From assembly GCA_031414595.1 (NCBI GenBank), contig JANNVX010000098.1, positions 141,724 through 205,723 of the forward strand: 64,000 nucleotides of DNA. Reading direction: 5' to 3'. Within the stretch, counting starts at the first letter, position 1, and each line of letters starts with the position of its first letter. The position numbers and the translations under genes are program-made. Source of the DNA: Deinococcales bacterium. Its GTDB lineage: Bacteria; Deinococcota; Deinococci; Deinococcales; JAAFIG01. The notes under the pieces were generated by a model. The model was not told the DNA's origin. It made no database searches and worked only from the letters and a program-made list of their open reading frames with translations. Below are positions 1-10,306 of the stretch, piece by piece.

Positions 1-1158
1 CAAGGGGTCGAAAGCCTAACCAACATCGTTGGTAAGCGCAAATTCAAAGCCGAGAATGGTGGTTACGGGGCTGGGCGTTTAATGCACGGGGCAGATGGTG
101 CAGATTTTACGGTGGATGTTCCTGTCGGTACAGTCTGCATAGATTTAGCGACCAATAAAATCATTGCCGATTTACTCGAGGTTGGGCAAGTTCAATTGGT
201 AGCCAAAGGCGGCTTAGGCGGTCGTGGGAATTCGGCATTCTCGAGCAGTACCCGCCGCAGTCCACGTTTTGCCGAGCTTGGCACGATGGGCGACGACCTA
301 AAAGTTAGGCTCGAGTTGCGTTTAATTGCCGATATTGGTTTGGTCGGTTATCCAAACGCGGGTAAATCGAGTTTACTCCGAGCCATGTCCAATGCTAATC
401 CCGAAGTGGCAGCCTATCCGTTTACGACCCTCAATCCGATTCTTGGAATCATCGAACGTGGTGATGACGAGTTAAACCGTCTGACCCTCGCCGATATTCC
501 GGGGATTATCGAAGGGGCGCATGAAGGTAAAGGCTTAGGTCTAGAGTTTTTGCGGCATATTTCGAGAACGCGCCTTCTGGCTTTTGTGCTTGACGGCAAC
601 GAAGCGCCGCGTGAGCATCTCGAGGCGTTGCGATTTGAATTGCAAAGTTATGACCCGACACTGCTCGAGTTACCCGCGATTATTATTGTTAATAAGCTCG
701 ATTTAATAGACGAAGAAATCAGAACCATGATTGAAGCCGAACTCTTTGATTTTGGTTTGCCTGTGCTTTGTGTCAGTGCCTTAGAGGGTATTGGTTTAGA
801 TACCCTGCGTGAAACCTTATTTCAAGTGTTGCCCGCTAAGATGCAGCGAGCCAGCCTTGTGGTGCGCGACACGATTTCTGGACCTGAACCAGTACGTGTA
901 ACAGCCGACACCGATTTTTATGCCGATGGGACACGCCTGTGGAATGTGACGGGTGGAACGTTTGGCGCTCGGATTGAACGTTTCTCGAGACATTTAGAAG
1001 ATGCTGCCGATTACTTAGAAAAACTCTTTAAGCGCGAAGGGCTAAACGCCCAGTTGCGCCGCGCAGGGGTTAAACCGGGCGATACGGTTAAAATTGGTGA
1101 ATTTGCCTTTGAGTTTTTTGAAGATGAATTCTCGGATAGCGAACACAAACAAGTTTAA
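1..1158 (+). CDS. obgE: GTPase ObgE/CgtA (5'-truncated by window edge)
   Basis: Frame is open from base 1; Gly-rich Obg domain ([10 protein letters not shown]), G1 [22 protein letters not shown]-terminal DUF1967-like tail ([15 protein letters not shown]). Confidence 0.97.
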   Translation, partial: QGVESLTNIVGKRKFKAENGGYGAGRLMHGADGADFTVDVPVGTVCIDLATNKIIADLLEVGQVQLVAKGGLGGRGNSAFSSSTRRSPRFAELGTMGDDLKVRLELRLIADIGLVGYPNAGKSSLLRAMSNANPEVAAYPFTTLNPILGIIERGDDELNRLTLADIPGIIEGAHEGKGLGLEFLRHISRTRLLAFVLDGNEAPREHLEALRFELQSYDPTLLELPAIIIVNKLDLIDEEIRTMIEAELFDFGLPVLCVSALEGIGLDTLRETLFQVLPAKMQRASLVVRDTISGPEPVRVTADTDFYADGTRLWNVTGGTFGARIERFSRHLEDAADYLEKLFKREGLNAQLRRAGVKPGDTVKIGEFAFEFFEDEFSDSEHKQV

Positions 1159-1219
1159 GTATCTACCGCCAGTCTTGACCAGACTTTTCCATGACCAAAT
1201 CGGCGTAATTTTACGACAA

Positions 1220-2215
1220 ATGCTAAATTATGAATTGGTGATCAATGGTCTTGACCACGCTTGGCAAAAAGAATTTGGTTGTCACTGTGCGCGTTGTCAA
1301 GATAATGGGCGCACTGCCAATACCTCGGTTTCGATTTTGGGATGGCAACAACAGCAACTCGAGCAGCACATTTTGGTAGATGCGGGTGGTGGGGTCTGCG
1401 AGAGTTTAATTGCTAATCCAGATTTAGTGAAGCAACCGCGTTTAGATGCAGTGCTTCTGACCCACTGGCATCCAGACCATGTAGCAGATTTGAACCGAAT
1501 TTTGGTTGGTTTTGGGCGCTCGAGTTGGCGTGAACGGCAAATGGCAAACCGCCCGTATTTGTGGATGCGTGAAGGCAGCCACATGTGGTTAGAGCGGCAA
1601 CAACCCAATGTCTTACGGCAAGTTAGCCTGATTTCTTCGCTTGAATACTTTCCACCCGGTCAACTGCTCGAGCCAATAAGGATTTTAGGGCTGGATTTAT
1701 TGGTCACACCCGTAACCATTGCCCACTCGAGCGCCGATTTATTTCCACCTTTTGGTGAGGAGCGCCTTGCCACCTGTGCTGGTTTTATTGTTCAGACAAA
1801 TGACTTTAGAACTGCGCTGCTCTGGGATTTGGATGCCACCAATCTATGGTTGGAAAATCCTAACAGCACCCAACAAGCGGCATTTGATGCGATAGCGGGT
1901 TGTGATTTATTGCTGATTGATTGTAATACTTGGGCATACCATCAACATGCCAATGGCGAACCGACCAGTCATGTTTCGTTTTCTTTGGTACAGCGTTTTG
2001 CTAAAGCCTTAAAACCCAAGCGCACAGTCTTAATGCACATCAGTGGTCATGAGGATGCGATTGGTGATGGTTTTGGTTGGACAAACGAGATTTGGCAATT
2101 CGAGGCGACTAAGGCGTGGCAAACCGCAGGTCTAACGGGTGAAGTGATTGTGCCGCAGATTGGTCAGCGTTTTGCGCTCCAAGGTTCGGATGTCGCACTC
2201 GAGATGGTGCATTAA
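1220..2215 (+). CDS. MBL-fold metallo-hydrolase, PhnP-like phosphodiesterase
   Basis: HxHxDH motif (THWHPDH), N-terminal CxCxxC (GCHCARC), LVDAG and HISGH motifs. Start moved to ATG 1220 to avoid overlap with obgE. Confidence 0.75.
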   Translation: MLNYELVINGLDHAWQKEFGCHCARCQDNGRTANTSVSILGWQQQQLEQHILVDAGGGVCESLIANPDLVKQPRLDAVLLTHWHPDHVADLNRILVGFGRSSWRERQMANRPYLWMREGSHMWLERQQPNVLRQVSLISSLEYFPPGQLLEPIRILGLDLLVTPVTIAHSSADLFPPFGEERLATCAGFIVQTNDFRTALLWDLDATNLWLENPNSTQQAAFDAIAGCDLLLIDCNTWAYHQHANGEPTSHVSFSLVQRFAKALKPKRTVLMHISGHEDAIGDGFGWTNEIWQFEATKAWQTAGLTGEVIVPQIGQRFALQGSDVALEMVH

Positions 2216-2219
2216 GTTT

Positions 2220-2267
2220 TGTCAGGGTTTTGTGATTGACAAACCCTTGATACTCGGTTCGTAGATT
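2220..2267 (+). promoter_or_regulatory. Composite TGTCA/TGACA 11-bp-phased operator plus TAGATT -10 box upstream of ugpA
   Basis: TGTCA-N6-TGTGA-N-TGACA-N6-TGATA at 2220-2252; TAGATT at 2262-2267, 7 nt before ATG 2275. Confidence 0.6.
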
Positions 2268-2274
2268 GCCCCTT

Positions 2275-3195
2275 ATGGAAAGCACCTTAGCCAGTTCAGT
2301 CAAGCAAAAACGTGGGCATTGGAAACCACGTCCAGATTGGCTCGAGATGCTGGTTTTGCTTGTTCCTGCGGTGCTGCTTTTAACAGCCTTTGTCATTTTA
2401 CCAACCATCGAAGCCTTTGTGATGTCGTTTCAACGCGAAGGTCTATTAGGGCGCAACCGTGTTTTTGCTGGGTTTGAGAATTATCTCGAGGTCTTCTCGC
2501 GCCCCGAGAATCTACAAAGTGCTTGGCAGAGTATCTACTTTGCCCTGATTGTCGCGCCGCTCGAGATTGTGCTGGCGTTTGCAGCCGCCCTGTTAATCTC
2601 ACGTCCATTTGTTGGTGTGGCAATCTACCGCACATTATTTTTTCTGACCACAGCCGTTCCCACTGGCGTTGCCGCGATTGCTTGGAGTTGGTTCTTGAAT
2701 CCGCAAACGGGTTGGGCAAATTGGATTCTCGTTTCGCTTGGTTTAGAGCCTAAGCAGTGGTTACTTGATACCAGTACGGCGCTTCCGACCCTAGCAGTGA
2801 TTACGGCATGGGCTGGGGTTGGTTTTGCGGCAATTTTACTGACCGCAGGTTTGCAACAAATCCCCGAAGATTTATACGAAGCCTCACGGATTGATGGTGC
2901 AAATGGTATTCAGCAATTTTGGAATATTACCATTCCACTGATTTCACCTACGCTTTTTTTGGTCACACTGCTGGTTTTTTTGCGTTCCCTGACTACTTTT
3001 GGTCAGATTCATTTGCTGACCCAAGGTGGTCCAGCCGACTCAACGATGGTCTTTATTTACCGCATTTACCAAGATGCCTTTTTTAATTTTAGGCAGACGT
3101 ATGCCGCCGCCCAAAGTGTAATTTTATTTTTGGTGTTACTGATTCTGGCATTGCTGCAATTTAGGTTTATTGGGCGCAAGGTACATTATGAATAA
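2275..3195 (+). CDS. ugpA: Carbohydrate/glycerol-3-phosphate ABC transporter permease (UgpA-like)
   Basis: Multi-TM protein with EAA loop (LYEASRIDGA); first permease of the operon. Confidence 0.8.
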   Translation: MESTLASSVKQKRGHWKPRPDWLEMLVLLVPAVLLLTAFVILPTIEAFVMSFQREGLLGRNRVFAGFENYLEVFSRPENLQSAWQSIYFALIVAPLEIVLAFAAALLISRPFVGVAIYRTLFFLTTAVPTGVAAIAWSWFLNPQTGWANWILVSLGLEPKQWLLDTSTALPTLAVITAWAGVGFAAILLTAGLQQIPEDLYEASRIDGANGIQQFWNITIPLISPTLFLVTLLVFLRSLTTFGQIHLLTQGGPADSTMVFIYRIYQDAFFNFRQTYAAAQSVILFLVLLILALLQFRFIGRKVHYE

Positions 3196-4003
3196 AACCC
3201 TTTCTCGAGTTTTGTTTTACGTGGGCATCAGCTTTTATGCGGCGCTCTTGGTCTTACCGCTTTTAACCATGCTTTCGGTCAGTTTTCGTTCAGACGGGGA
3301 CGTTTACAACCCCAGTTTTTTCCCACCCAACCCAACTTTAGAGCCGTACCAGATTGCCCTCGAGAAATTCCCTGTGCTGCGTTTTTTAGGCAATAGTTTT
3401 TTGGTCTCGAGCCTTGTGACCCTTGGGGTGATGCTGATTTCAAGTTGTACAGGCTACGCACTGGCACGGATTTCTTCGCCAGTCAGTAATTTTATTTTTG
3501 CAGTGGTGATTGGTTTACTGCTCGTGCCGGGCGAAGTCACCTTTTTACCGCTCTACATCATGATTAACCGCCTTGGTTGGATAGATTCTTACCTTGCTCT
3601 GACTTTGCCATTTATTGCCAGTCCGATTGGAATTTTTTTGATGCGCCAATTTTTTAAGAGCCTACCCCAAGAACTTTTTGATGCCGCTCGGATGGATGGG
3701 GCTGGACACCTAAGGATGCTCTGGCACATTGCCATGCCGTTAGCAACTCCCGCCCTTGGCGCACTGGCTGCTTTAACCTTTCTTGGCACTTGGAACATGT
3801 ACTTATACCCACTTGTGGTCACAAATTCCGAGGAATTACGCACGGCTCAGATTGCCTTACGTTTTATTAGCGCCGACGAAGCAGTGCGCTATAACATTGT
3901 GGCTGCCGCCGCCGTGATTATTTTACTACCCACGTTAATCGCTTTCTTATTTGCTCAACGCGCCTTTGTTCGCGGTATTGCGATGGGCAGCTTAAAAGGG
4001 TGA
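3188..4003 (+). CDS. ugpE: ABC transporter permease (UgpE-like)
   Basis: FLMRQFF...LFDAARMDGA EAA motif; overlaps the ugpA stop. Confidence 0.8.
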   Translation: MNKTLSRVLFYVGISFYAALLVLPLLTMLSVSFRSDGDVYNPSFFPPNPTLEPYQIALEKFPVLRFLGNSFLVSSLVTLGVMLISSCTGYALARISSPVSNFIFAVVIGLLLVPGEVTFLPLYIMINRLGWIDSYLALTLPFIASPIGIFLMRQFFKSLPQELFDAARMDGAGHLRMLWHIAMPLATPALGALAALTFLGTWNMYLYPLVVTNSEELRTAQIALRFISADEAVRYNIVAAAAVIILLPTLIAFLFAQRAFVRGIAMGSLKG

Positions 4004-4107
4004 GTGGCTGCTGGTCTTAGCTTTACTTCTCGAGAATAAATTTTTTTACTTGAACAACCAACAACAATTAACTTATTTCGACCATGAATGGTTTCACGGA
4101 GGAACGT

Positions 4108-5421
4108 ATGAAAAAACGGTTTTTGGCTCTTGGTTTGGCAGTGTTAAGCGCAGCAACACTGACTCTGGCACAAGGTGGACGCACCACCGTCACCTTCTGG
4201 TACGCACTTGGCGGCAGCATCGGCGAACAAATCGAACTCTTGGTCAAAAACTACAACAGTAGCCAAGACAAAGTAACCATCAAAGCCGAATTTAGCGGTA
4301 ATTACGACGATACCCTCAACAAAATGCGTGCCGCCCTACAAGCTGGTAAGGGCTACCCCAACGTGGTACAGGTCTACGACATTGGCACACGCTTTATGGT
4401 GGATTCTGGGGCAGTTGTGGCACTCGAGGACATGGCAAAAAAAGAAAACTTTGACATCTCTAAACTGGTTTCACAACCACGCAATTACTACACCGTAGAC
4501 GGCAAAATGTACAGCTTGCCGTTTAACTCGAGTAACCCACTTCTTTACTTTAATGCCAGCGTCCTCAACAGCAGCAATATCGAACAACGCCCGTTTTATA
4601 ACCTCGCGCAACTCGAGGACACGATTAAGCGCTTAACAGTTAAAGACGCAAGCGGTAAAACCAGCCGTTACGGCATTACTTGGCATGCCGATTCTTGGTT
4701 TGTTGAACAATTTGGCTACAACAGTGGTCAAGCCTACTGTAACAACGAAAACGGACGCAAAGCCCGCGCCACCGAAACCACCTTCAACAACCCAGCCGCC
4801 GTTGCCTTCTTAGAGATGATGGGACGTTTGGTGTCTGGTGGATTTGCTGCCCCAGTCGGACGTGACGGCACTGCCAGCTTAAACACTTTTGTCAACGGAC
4901 AAGCCGCTATTTACGTTTCCTCTACCGCCAATTTGTTTGGTGCAACCCGGGCTGTTGGTGGAAAATTCCCAATCCGTACATCTTTTTACCCGTTCCTCAA
5001 AGAACGCAATGGTGTCGCTATTGGCGGCGCAAGCCTCTGGATGCTCAAGGGTTTTACTGAGACCGAACAAGACGGCGCATTTAGCTTCATCAAATGGATG
5101 CTTGAGCCAACCACCCAAGGACGCTGGCACTTAAACACGGGTTACTTTCCAGTCATTCAAGGTGTGACCAAACGCCCAGAAGTACAAACTGGTCATACCA
5201 AAAATCCAAATTTTATCACCGCTATTCGTCAACTCGAGACCAGCAAAGTCAACACCACCAGCGCTGGTTGCTTGATGGGACAATTCACCGAGATTCGTAC
5301 CTATGTGGTCAGTGCATGGGAAGAAGTCCTCAAAGGCAAACCCGCTAAACAAGCCTTGGATGAAGCGAAAGTTAAATCCGATGCTGCACTGCAACGCTAC
5401 AACGCGACTGTGGCTCGTTAA
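4108..5421 (+). CDS. ugpB: ABC transporter substrate-binding protein (UgpB-like)
   Basis: Signal peptide; GGAGG RBS; LPFNSSNPLLYFN, GGASLW and WHLNTGYFP motifs typical of UgpB-like binding proteins. Confidence 0.85.
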   Translation: MKKRFLALGLAVLSAATLTLAQGGRTTVTFWYALGGSIGEQIELLVKNYNSSQDKVTIKAEFSGNYDDTLNKMRAALQAGKGYPNVVQVYDIGTRFMVDSGAVVALEDMAKKENFDISKLVSQPRNYYTVDGKMYSLPFNSSNPLLYFNASVLNSSNIEQRPFYNLAQLEDTIKRLTVKDASGKTSRYGITWHADSWFVEQFGYNSGQAYCNNENGRKARATETTFNNPAAVAFLEMMGRLVSGGFAAPVGRDGTASLNTFVNGQAAIYVSSTANLFGATRAVGGKFPIRTSFYPFLKERNGVAIGGASLWMLKGFTETEQDGAFSFIKWMLEPTTQGRWHLNTGYFPVIQGVTKRPEVQTGHTKNPNFITAIRQLETSKVNTTSAGCLMGQFTEIRTYVVSAWEEVLKGKPAKQALDEAKVKSDAALQRYNATVAR

Positions 5422-5475
5422 GACACCATCATTCTTGGGTGGCTGATACCCCATCTCGAGATTGCAAAAATAATC

Positions 5476-5504
5476 ACCCCGCTCTGACTCGAGCGGGGTT
5501 CTTT
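5476..5504 (+). terminator. Rho-independent terminator of ugp operon
   Basis: ACCCCGCTC-loop-GAGCGGGGT followed by TCTTT. Confidence 0.75.
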
Positions 5505-5633
5505 ATTGGGTCATTCAATTGCCAAAGCCACTTGGATATTCTCGAGAAGGCTGCACTGCCTGACAATTTACATGCACCTTGTTTGCTTTATTTTGAGCAT
5601 TTTTATTAACGGCTCAAGTGGTTCAAGACCAGC

Positions 5634-5659
5634 AAAAACCCCTCGAGTGTCTCGAGGGG
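5634..5659 (-). terminator. Rho-independent terminator of phytase-like gene
   Basis: CCCCTCGAG-tgt-CTCGAGGGG stem with an A-tract on the + side (U-tract on -); the stem is built from two CTCGAG sites. Confidence 0.7.
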
Positions 5660-5691
5660 CGTAGGAGGGAGGAAGTACCCGAGTGGTTAAA

Positions 5692-6936
5692 TTAGCGTCC
5701 AACACCTGCGGCGACATTCAATGGTTTCTCGAGTTTCAACCAGATAAACTCGTTGGGGTCTTTGACATCTGCGCCGCGTCCACCTTTGGCATCAAAGTTA
5801 TTATCGTTGGCAACCAAAATTGTGCTGCTGTTTAAGACAATTACATTTTCTATTGTTACAAATGGGAAGGCAAAGACACCATTAACGGTGCTTGGCGCAA
5901 GTCTATTGGCATCTGAGATGTTCATTAAATCTGCCACCAATTCTTTTTGGGCTGCGCCATTTGCATCTTTTTTGCTCAGGTCAATTTTATAGATGCGTTT
6001 GAATTTTGCAGTTGCGCCAGAGCCGTTGTCGCGCTCAATCACCAAGTATTCGTTGTCGTTAATCACCGTGAAATCACCAATCGCATGATTGGTTTCTTCC
6101 ATTTTGTAAAAGGCGGCAATGCCAACAAATTTCTTAGTTGCCATATCAAATTCGTTAATTCGTAACATCCCAGCCGTGTCGGTCGAAACACTGCCCTCGA
6201 GCAAGCCATAAATTTTTGATTTACTTGGATTGGTGGTCATGCCTTCGTAACCCCTCGAGCCGCCAAGGTTTGCACTGCTCATTTGTCCGGGGTTTGGCGA
6301 AGCTGCGAGGACAGCAGGATTGTTTGGGCTACGCACCAAGTCCTTGCTTGGGTCTTTGCCTGTTCCGTAATCTGGGGTTGGGATTGGGGCAGACAGCACT
6401 TTGCCTGTGGTGTCTACGTTAATTAAGTACGGTCCAAATTCTTCGCCAATCCAAATTGTGCCATCCGCTGCAAGCACAAAGCTCTCTGGGTCAAAATCAA
6501 AACCAGTCAGGAAACGACTGGCGGAGTTTTCATTAACGATGATGAACGGGACTTTTTTATCTGGGTCACGCAATTGAATAAAGCTGTTGACTTTTACCGT
6601 ACCAGCGCCGCCAGTCATGGTTTTTGCAGCTAAACTGACATTGTACAAACGCAATAAGTAATCAACACTGTTGTACTTTGTACCAAAACCGTTGTCCGAA
6701 AGCATCCAATAATTGCCGTTCGCAGCAAACTGAATGCCACTAAAGCCCTGTACAGGTTGGCTGGCAAAACGTGGAGCCGCCGCTTTGCTTCCATTGGCAT
6801 TAAATTGTCCACTGGCAGCCCCTCTCGAGAAGGTATCGGCAGGCAAAACCGCAAAACCAATCAGGTCGGTTTTAAGACTTTGGGCGAGGACGGTAGCCGT
6901 GGCAAGAATGCCAAATGCAGATAAGATTTTTTTCAT
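5692..6936 (-). CDS. Secreted esterase-like activity of phytase family protein
   Basis: Signal peptide; QPVQGFSG, SDNGFG, FDPES, EEFGP, LVIERD and NDNNF motifs of the phytase-like family. Confidence 0.88.
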   Translation of the reverse strand: MKKILSAFGILATATVLAQSLKTDLIGFAVLPADTFSRGAASGQFNANGSKAAAPRFASQPVQGFSGIQFAANGNYWMLSDNGFGTKYNSVDYLLRLYNVSLAAKTMTGGAGTVKVNSFIQLRDPDKKVPFIIVNENSASRFLTGFDFDPESFVLAADGTIWIGEEFGPYLINVDTTGKVLSAPIPTPDYGTGKDPSKDLVRSPNNPAVLAASPNPGQMSSANLGGSRGYEGMTTNPSKSKIYGLLEGSVSTDTAGMLRINEFDMATKKFVGIAAFYKMEETNHAIGDFTVINDNEYLVIERDNGSGATAKFKRIYKIDLSKKDANGAAQKELVADLMNISDANRLAPSTVNGVFAFPFVTIENVIVLNSSTILVANDNNFDAKGGRGADVKDPNEFIWLKLEKPLNVAAGVGR

Positions 6937-6960
6937 ACCTTAAGTATTCTTGTTTGGCTT

Positions 6961-6993
6961 AGTCAGGATTAGGTCATTGACAAAAACTTGACA
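6961..6993 (-). promoter_or_regulatory. Composite TGTCA/TGAC operator upstream of phytase-like gene
   Basis: Minus strand reads TGTCA-N6-TGTCA-N-TGACC-N6-TGACT, the same spacing as 2220-2252; 24 nt before the ATG. Confidence 0.6.
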
Positions 6994-7007
6994 TGTCAAA
7001 AGCAACT

Positions 7008-8021
7008 CTAGTATTCATCAAGTAATTTCTCGAGTTCACTTTGACCTTGTTTGACCGTAGCCACTTTATCTCGGAATAAACTGACAATAATCTGGGCGGT
7101 TTTGTCTGGCTCGAGTCGCAATTCCTCGCCTATCGAGTAGACATCCCGAGAACCATCAAGCATTTTAATAAATAAATTTGCCACCATTCCCGCCGGTGGG
7201 TGATAGGCGGCGCTTAAACTCCTGACTCGCTCGAGAATAATCGTGCGTAAACCCATAACAGCAGCAAGCTCGAGTAAACCTTGCCGGTACAGCCGCAGCG
7301 CCGCTCGGTAGCCACGCAGCCATGAGCCTTGGCTATCAGTCGCATCAGCCGCAAAAAGTTTTAGAACAGCCTGTAACGAACGCCGCCCATTGACTGCTGT
7401 CAAAATTTGCCACTCGTCACCCGAGAGCGAAACACCACTTAGACTCGAATTAGGACGGCTTTTCAGGACAGTGCTTAAACCAAGTTCTGAGACACCAATT
7501 TCGTCTGCCAATGTGACCGACTCGAGCAGCGCCCACTGCACCGAGACTCGGGTATAGACACTGGGCAGCTTGTCATCGCGGTAATAGGCAAAATAGCTTT
7601 GCTGCTTTAAGATTAACTGATTAACCGACAGTAAAATCTGGGTTTTCATGGCTTCAAACAAGGCTTCACGCGAGACCCGAAATTGAGGGTTATTCAGCAG
7701 CACTTCGCCCAACGGCAGATTGGCAGCAAGTTTCAGGGCTTGCGCCAACTGTGTTTCCGATAACTCGCCACGCCGCAACAAAATTGTACCAAGTGGGTCT
7801 GAACCATTCGCCCCAATGATGTCACCGTCGAGTAACTGCAAACGAATCCCGCTCGGCTGAAATTCCATCCAACCAGTAGGATGCAAACCGGGAACGCCAT
7901 TCAAAAAATCGGCGGTGGCAATATGATTTAAGCTCCCTTGTAAACTTGGGGAACGAGACACCTCATCTGTCTTGGCTGGACTTGGGATAAAAACAGGGGT
8001 TCTCGAGGAAGATAAGCTCAT
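7008..8021 (-). CDS. DUF4388 (PatA-N-like) domain protein
   Basis: LQGSL..IA..DFL start, PLGTILLRRG / LGEVLL repeats, EWQILTAVNGRRSL HTH-like segment. Confidence 0.7.
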   Translation of the reverse strand: MSLSSSRTPVFIPSPAKTDEVSRSPSLQGSLNHIATADFLNGVPGLHPTGWMEFQPSGIRLQLLDGDIIGANGSDPLGTILLRRGELSETQLAQALKLAANLPLGEVLLNNPQFRVSREALFEAMKTQILLSVNQLILKQQSYFAYYRDDKLPSVYTRVSVQWALLESVTLADEIGVSELGLSTVLKSRPNSSLSGVSLSGDEWQILTAVNGRRSLQAVLKLFAADATDSQGSWLRGYRAALRLYRQGLLELAAVMGLRTIILERVRSLSAAYHPPAGMVANLFIKMLDGSRDVYSIGEELRLEPDKTAQIIVSLFRDKVATVKQGQSELEKLLDEY

Positions 8022-8043
8022 GCCTTATTCTCATAGCGCAAAG

Positions 8044-9402
8044 TCAAGGGCTTGTCAGTGATTGGCTTCGTCCAATTGCCAAATACAAGAATCCTGCTTC
8101 GAGCATGGAGTTTTTAACTAAAGCATTGCGTCCATCGAGGATAATTCTTTGCTTCATTGTCTGCCCAAGTACAGCCCAGTTTGCGGTTTTGTACTCCGAC
8201 CATTCCGTAACCAAAATGGCAGCATCGGCATTAGTTAAGCACACTTCAAGACTAGGGTTATTTGGTACAGTTGTAATTTTCATTTGTTCAAGCATTGGGT
8301 CATGTGCTATAACTTTTGCCCCTCGAGCCATCAATTCCAAAGCAATTTCTAAACCAATAGATTCACGTAAGTCATCGGTCTCTGGCTTAAAACTCAAGCC
8401 CAAGACTGCAATACGCCGCCCGCGAAAACCATTTAAGACCTGCTCGAGCCGTTCAAGCGCTCGAAAACGCTGTTGGTTGTTGACTTCAATCACGGCTCGC
8501 AACAAACGAAATTCATAACCGCTTCTCGATGCCAGTTGATTTAAGGCTCGGGTATCTTTGGGAAAACACGAACCACCATACCCCAGTCCAGCTTGTAAGA
8601 AATCTTTGCCAATACGTTTATCCTCTGCCAACACCGAAACAATCTCATCAATATCAGCACTGGTGGCATCGCAGACGTTGGCTATTTCATTGATAAAACT
8701 AATTTTCATGGCGAGAAAAGCATTGGCGGCGTACTTGGCAAGCTCACTGCTGGCATTACTGATTTGAAGCACTGGAATTGGTTGCATCGGACGAAAAGGC
8801 TCGAGTTCAGGCGGCACTGCCAAGGTAGAATGAATGATTGGTGCGTATAAAATTTCTAACTGCTCGAGCGCCCAAGTTTGGTTTGTGCCAAAGACAATTC
8901 GATCTGGAAAAACAGCATCGCGCAAAGCCCGACCTTGACGCAGAAATTCTGGGTTACTGGCAACTGAAAAAACTGAATCGGGTGCAAGATTGACCAAAGT
9001 AGCCGTGATTTCCTCACTCGTTCCGACTGGCACAGTGGATTTTAGAACAATCACCCGAGGGATTTGGTTCAAAAATGGCGCGAGTTGCTGCACGGCATCA
9101 AAGACTTGGCTTAAATCCACACCTTGAGCGGGGGTGGGTGGCGTACCAACGGCAATCATCACGATACTCGAGGCTTGAACCGCCAAGCCCAAATCGGCGG
9201 TAAAAAAAATTCGGTCTTGCAAGCTGTGCAGAACTGTCTCGAGCAGAGGTTCGGCAAATGGAATCTGTTGACGCTGCAACGCTTCCAACCGTTCAAGGTT
9301 GCGCTCATAGACATGAACTCGGTGTCCAGCCATTGCCAGCGCCAAAGCGGTTGAAAGCCCGACATAACCAGCGCCAATCACCGTAAGCTCAAGGGTCTGC
9401 AT
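8044..9402 (-). CDS. ugd: UDP-glucose 6-dehydrogenase
   Basis: GAGYVG Rossmann fold, KSTVPVG, NPEFLRQG, GYGGSCFPKD and FKPETDDLRES motifs. Confidence 0.95.
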   Translation of the reverse strand: MQTLELTVIGAGYVGLSTALALAMAGHRVHVYERNLERLEALQRQQIPFAEPLLETVLHSLQDRIFFTADLGLAVQASSIVMIAVGTPPTPAQGVDLSQVFDAVQQLAPFLNQIPRVIVLKSTVPVGTSEEITATLVNLAPDSVFSVASNPEFLRQGRALRDAVFPDRIVFGTNQTWALEQLEILYAPIIHSTLAVPPELEPFRPMQPIPVLQISNASSELAKYAANAFLAMKISFINEIANVCDATSADIDEIVSVLAEDKRIGKDFLQAGLGYGGSCFPKDTRALNQLASRSGYEFRLLRAVIEVNNQQRFRALERLEQVLNGFRGRRIAVLGLSFKPETDDLRESIGLEIALELMARGAKVIAHDPMLEQMKITTVPNNPSLEVCLTNADAAILVTEWSEYKTANWAVLGQTMKQRIILDGRNALVKNSMLEAGFLYLAIGRSQSLTSP

Positions 9403-9427
9403 AAACGACCAGTCAACTTGGATTTTG

Positions 9428-10279
9428 TCAGGGGAGTGTCTGCTCGAGAACACGACCTAGCTCCGAGTATTCATCCATGCTAGGGTTGCGTCCAACACGG
9501 CGTAAATGCAGCGCAAAAGGTTGGTCTTGCCAAAAAAACTCTTCCCAAGCGTTATCATAGGCAAAATCCGAGATTGGTTTTAAGAAACTTTGCTGGGTAA
9601 AGTAGCCCTTTTTCTTGGGAATGACACTCCATCTATCGGGCAAAAATCGGATTGGGCTTGCCATAAAATGCGGTTTCAGGCATTCGTTTGGTTCGTTCCG
9701 ATATTGCTGGTAGACCCGCCAAGCGGTGTCACGGAATTGTCCGACTTGTAAGGCTGTTCGCAGCCAAACAGGAATCGGTACTCGAGGATGGCTGATTAAT
9801 TTGTCAAACCTATTGCCATCCATGTCTGGCAAAAAATTCAGCGCCCCAAGTGGTACTTTCTCGAGGTCAATCATCATGCAATGCACCGATGGAAAATAGC
9901 GGTATTGGTACGACCACTTCGGATGCCAGACCGAACCAAAAAAATGCAGGTCTCGAGTTATCATCTGCTGCATAACAGCTTGCATCCAATTCTGGCGGAT
10001 AATATAAAAATCATGGTCAAGAATCAATACAAACCTAGTTCTGACCAACGCTAAGGCGCTCATGATCGCTTGGGCGTGGTGCTGACTGCCTTTATCCGAG
10101 CTTGGTGGTTTGGCTACGGCGGGTAAAACTTCGGCATTGGCGGGTTGAAAATCGGGGTCGTTGTCGTTATTAACAATCAGCCAGCGCACCGCCAGATTGG
10201 GATTCAGGGCAGCGCTTAATTGAAGATTTTTTTCTATCCATTGGCTCGAGCCAAATTTGACGCTGATGACGGTCAACAC
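9428..10279 (-). CDS. Putative glycosyltransferase (GT-A fold-like)
   Basis: LTVISV start, GSQHHA, DxD (LDHDF); co-oriented directly upstream of ugd. Confidence 0.55.
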   Translation of the reverse strand: MLTVISVKFGSSQWIEKNLQLSAALNPNLAVRWLIVNNDNDPDFQPANAEVLPAVAKPPSSDKGSQHHAQAIMSALALVRTRFVLILDHDFYIIRQNWMQAVMQQMITRDLHFFGSVWHPKWSYQYRYFPSVHCMMIDLEKVPLGALNFLPDMDGNRFDKLISHPRVPIPVWLRTALQVGQFRDTAWRVYQQYRNEPNECLKPHFMASPIRFLPDRWSVIPKKKGYFTQQSFLKPISDFAYDNAWEEFFWQDQPFALHLRRVGRNPSMDEYSELGRVLEQTLP

Positions 10280-10306
10280 AACCTTTATCCTACACTTGAA
10301 TTTCGC

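Noticed and set aside
5526-5623. 9 bp imperfect inverted repeat bounding an intergenic segment
   Set aside because: Too short (8/9 match) and single-copy; compatible with chance.
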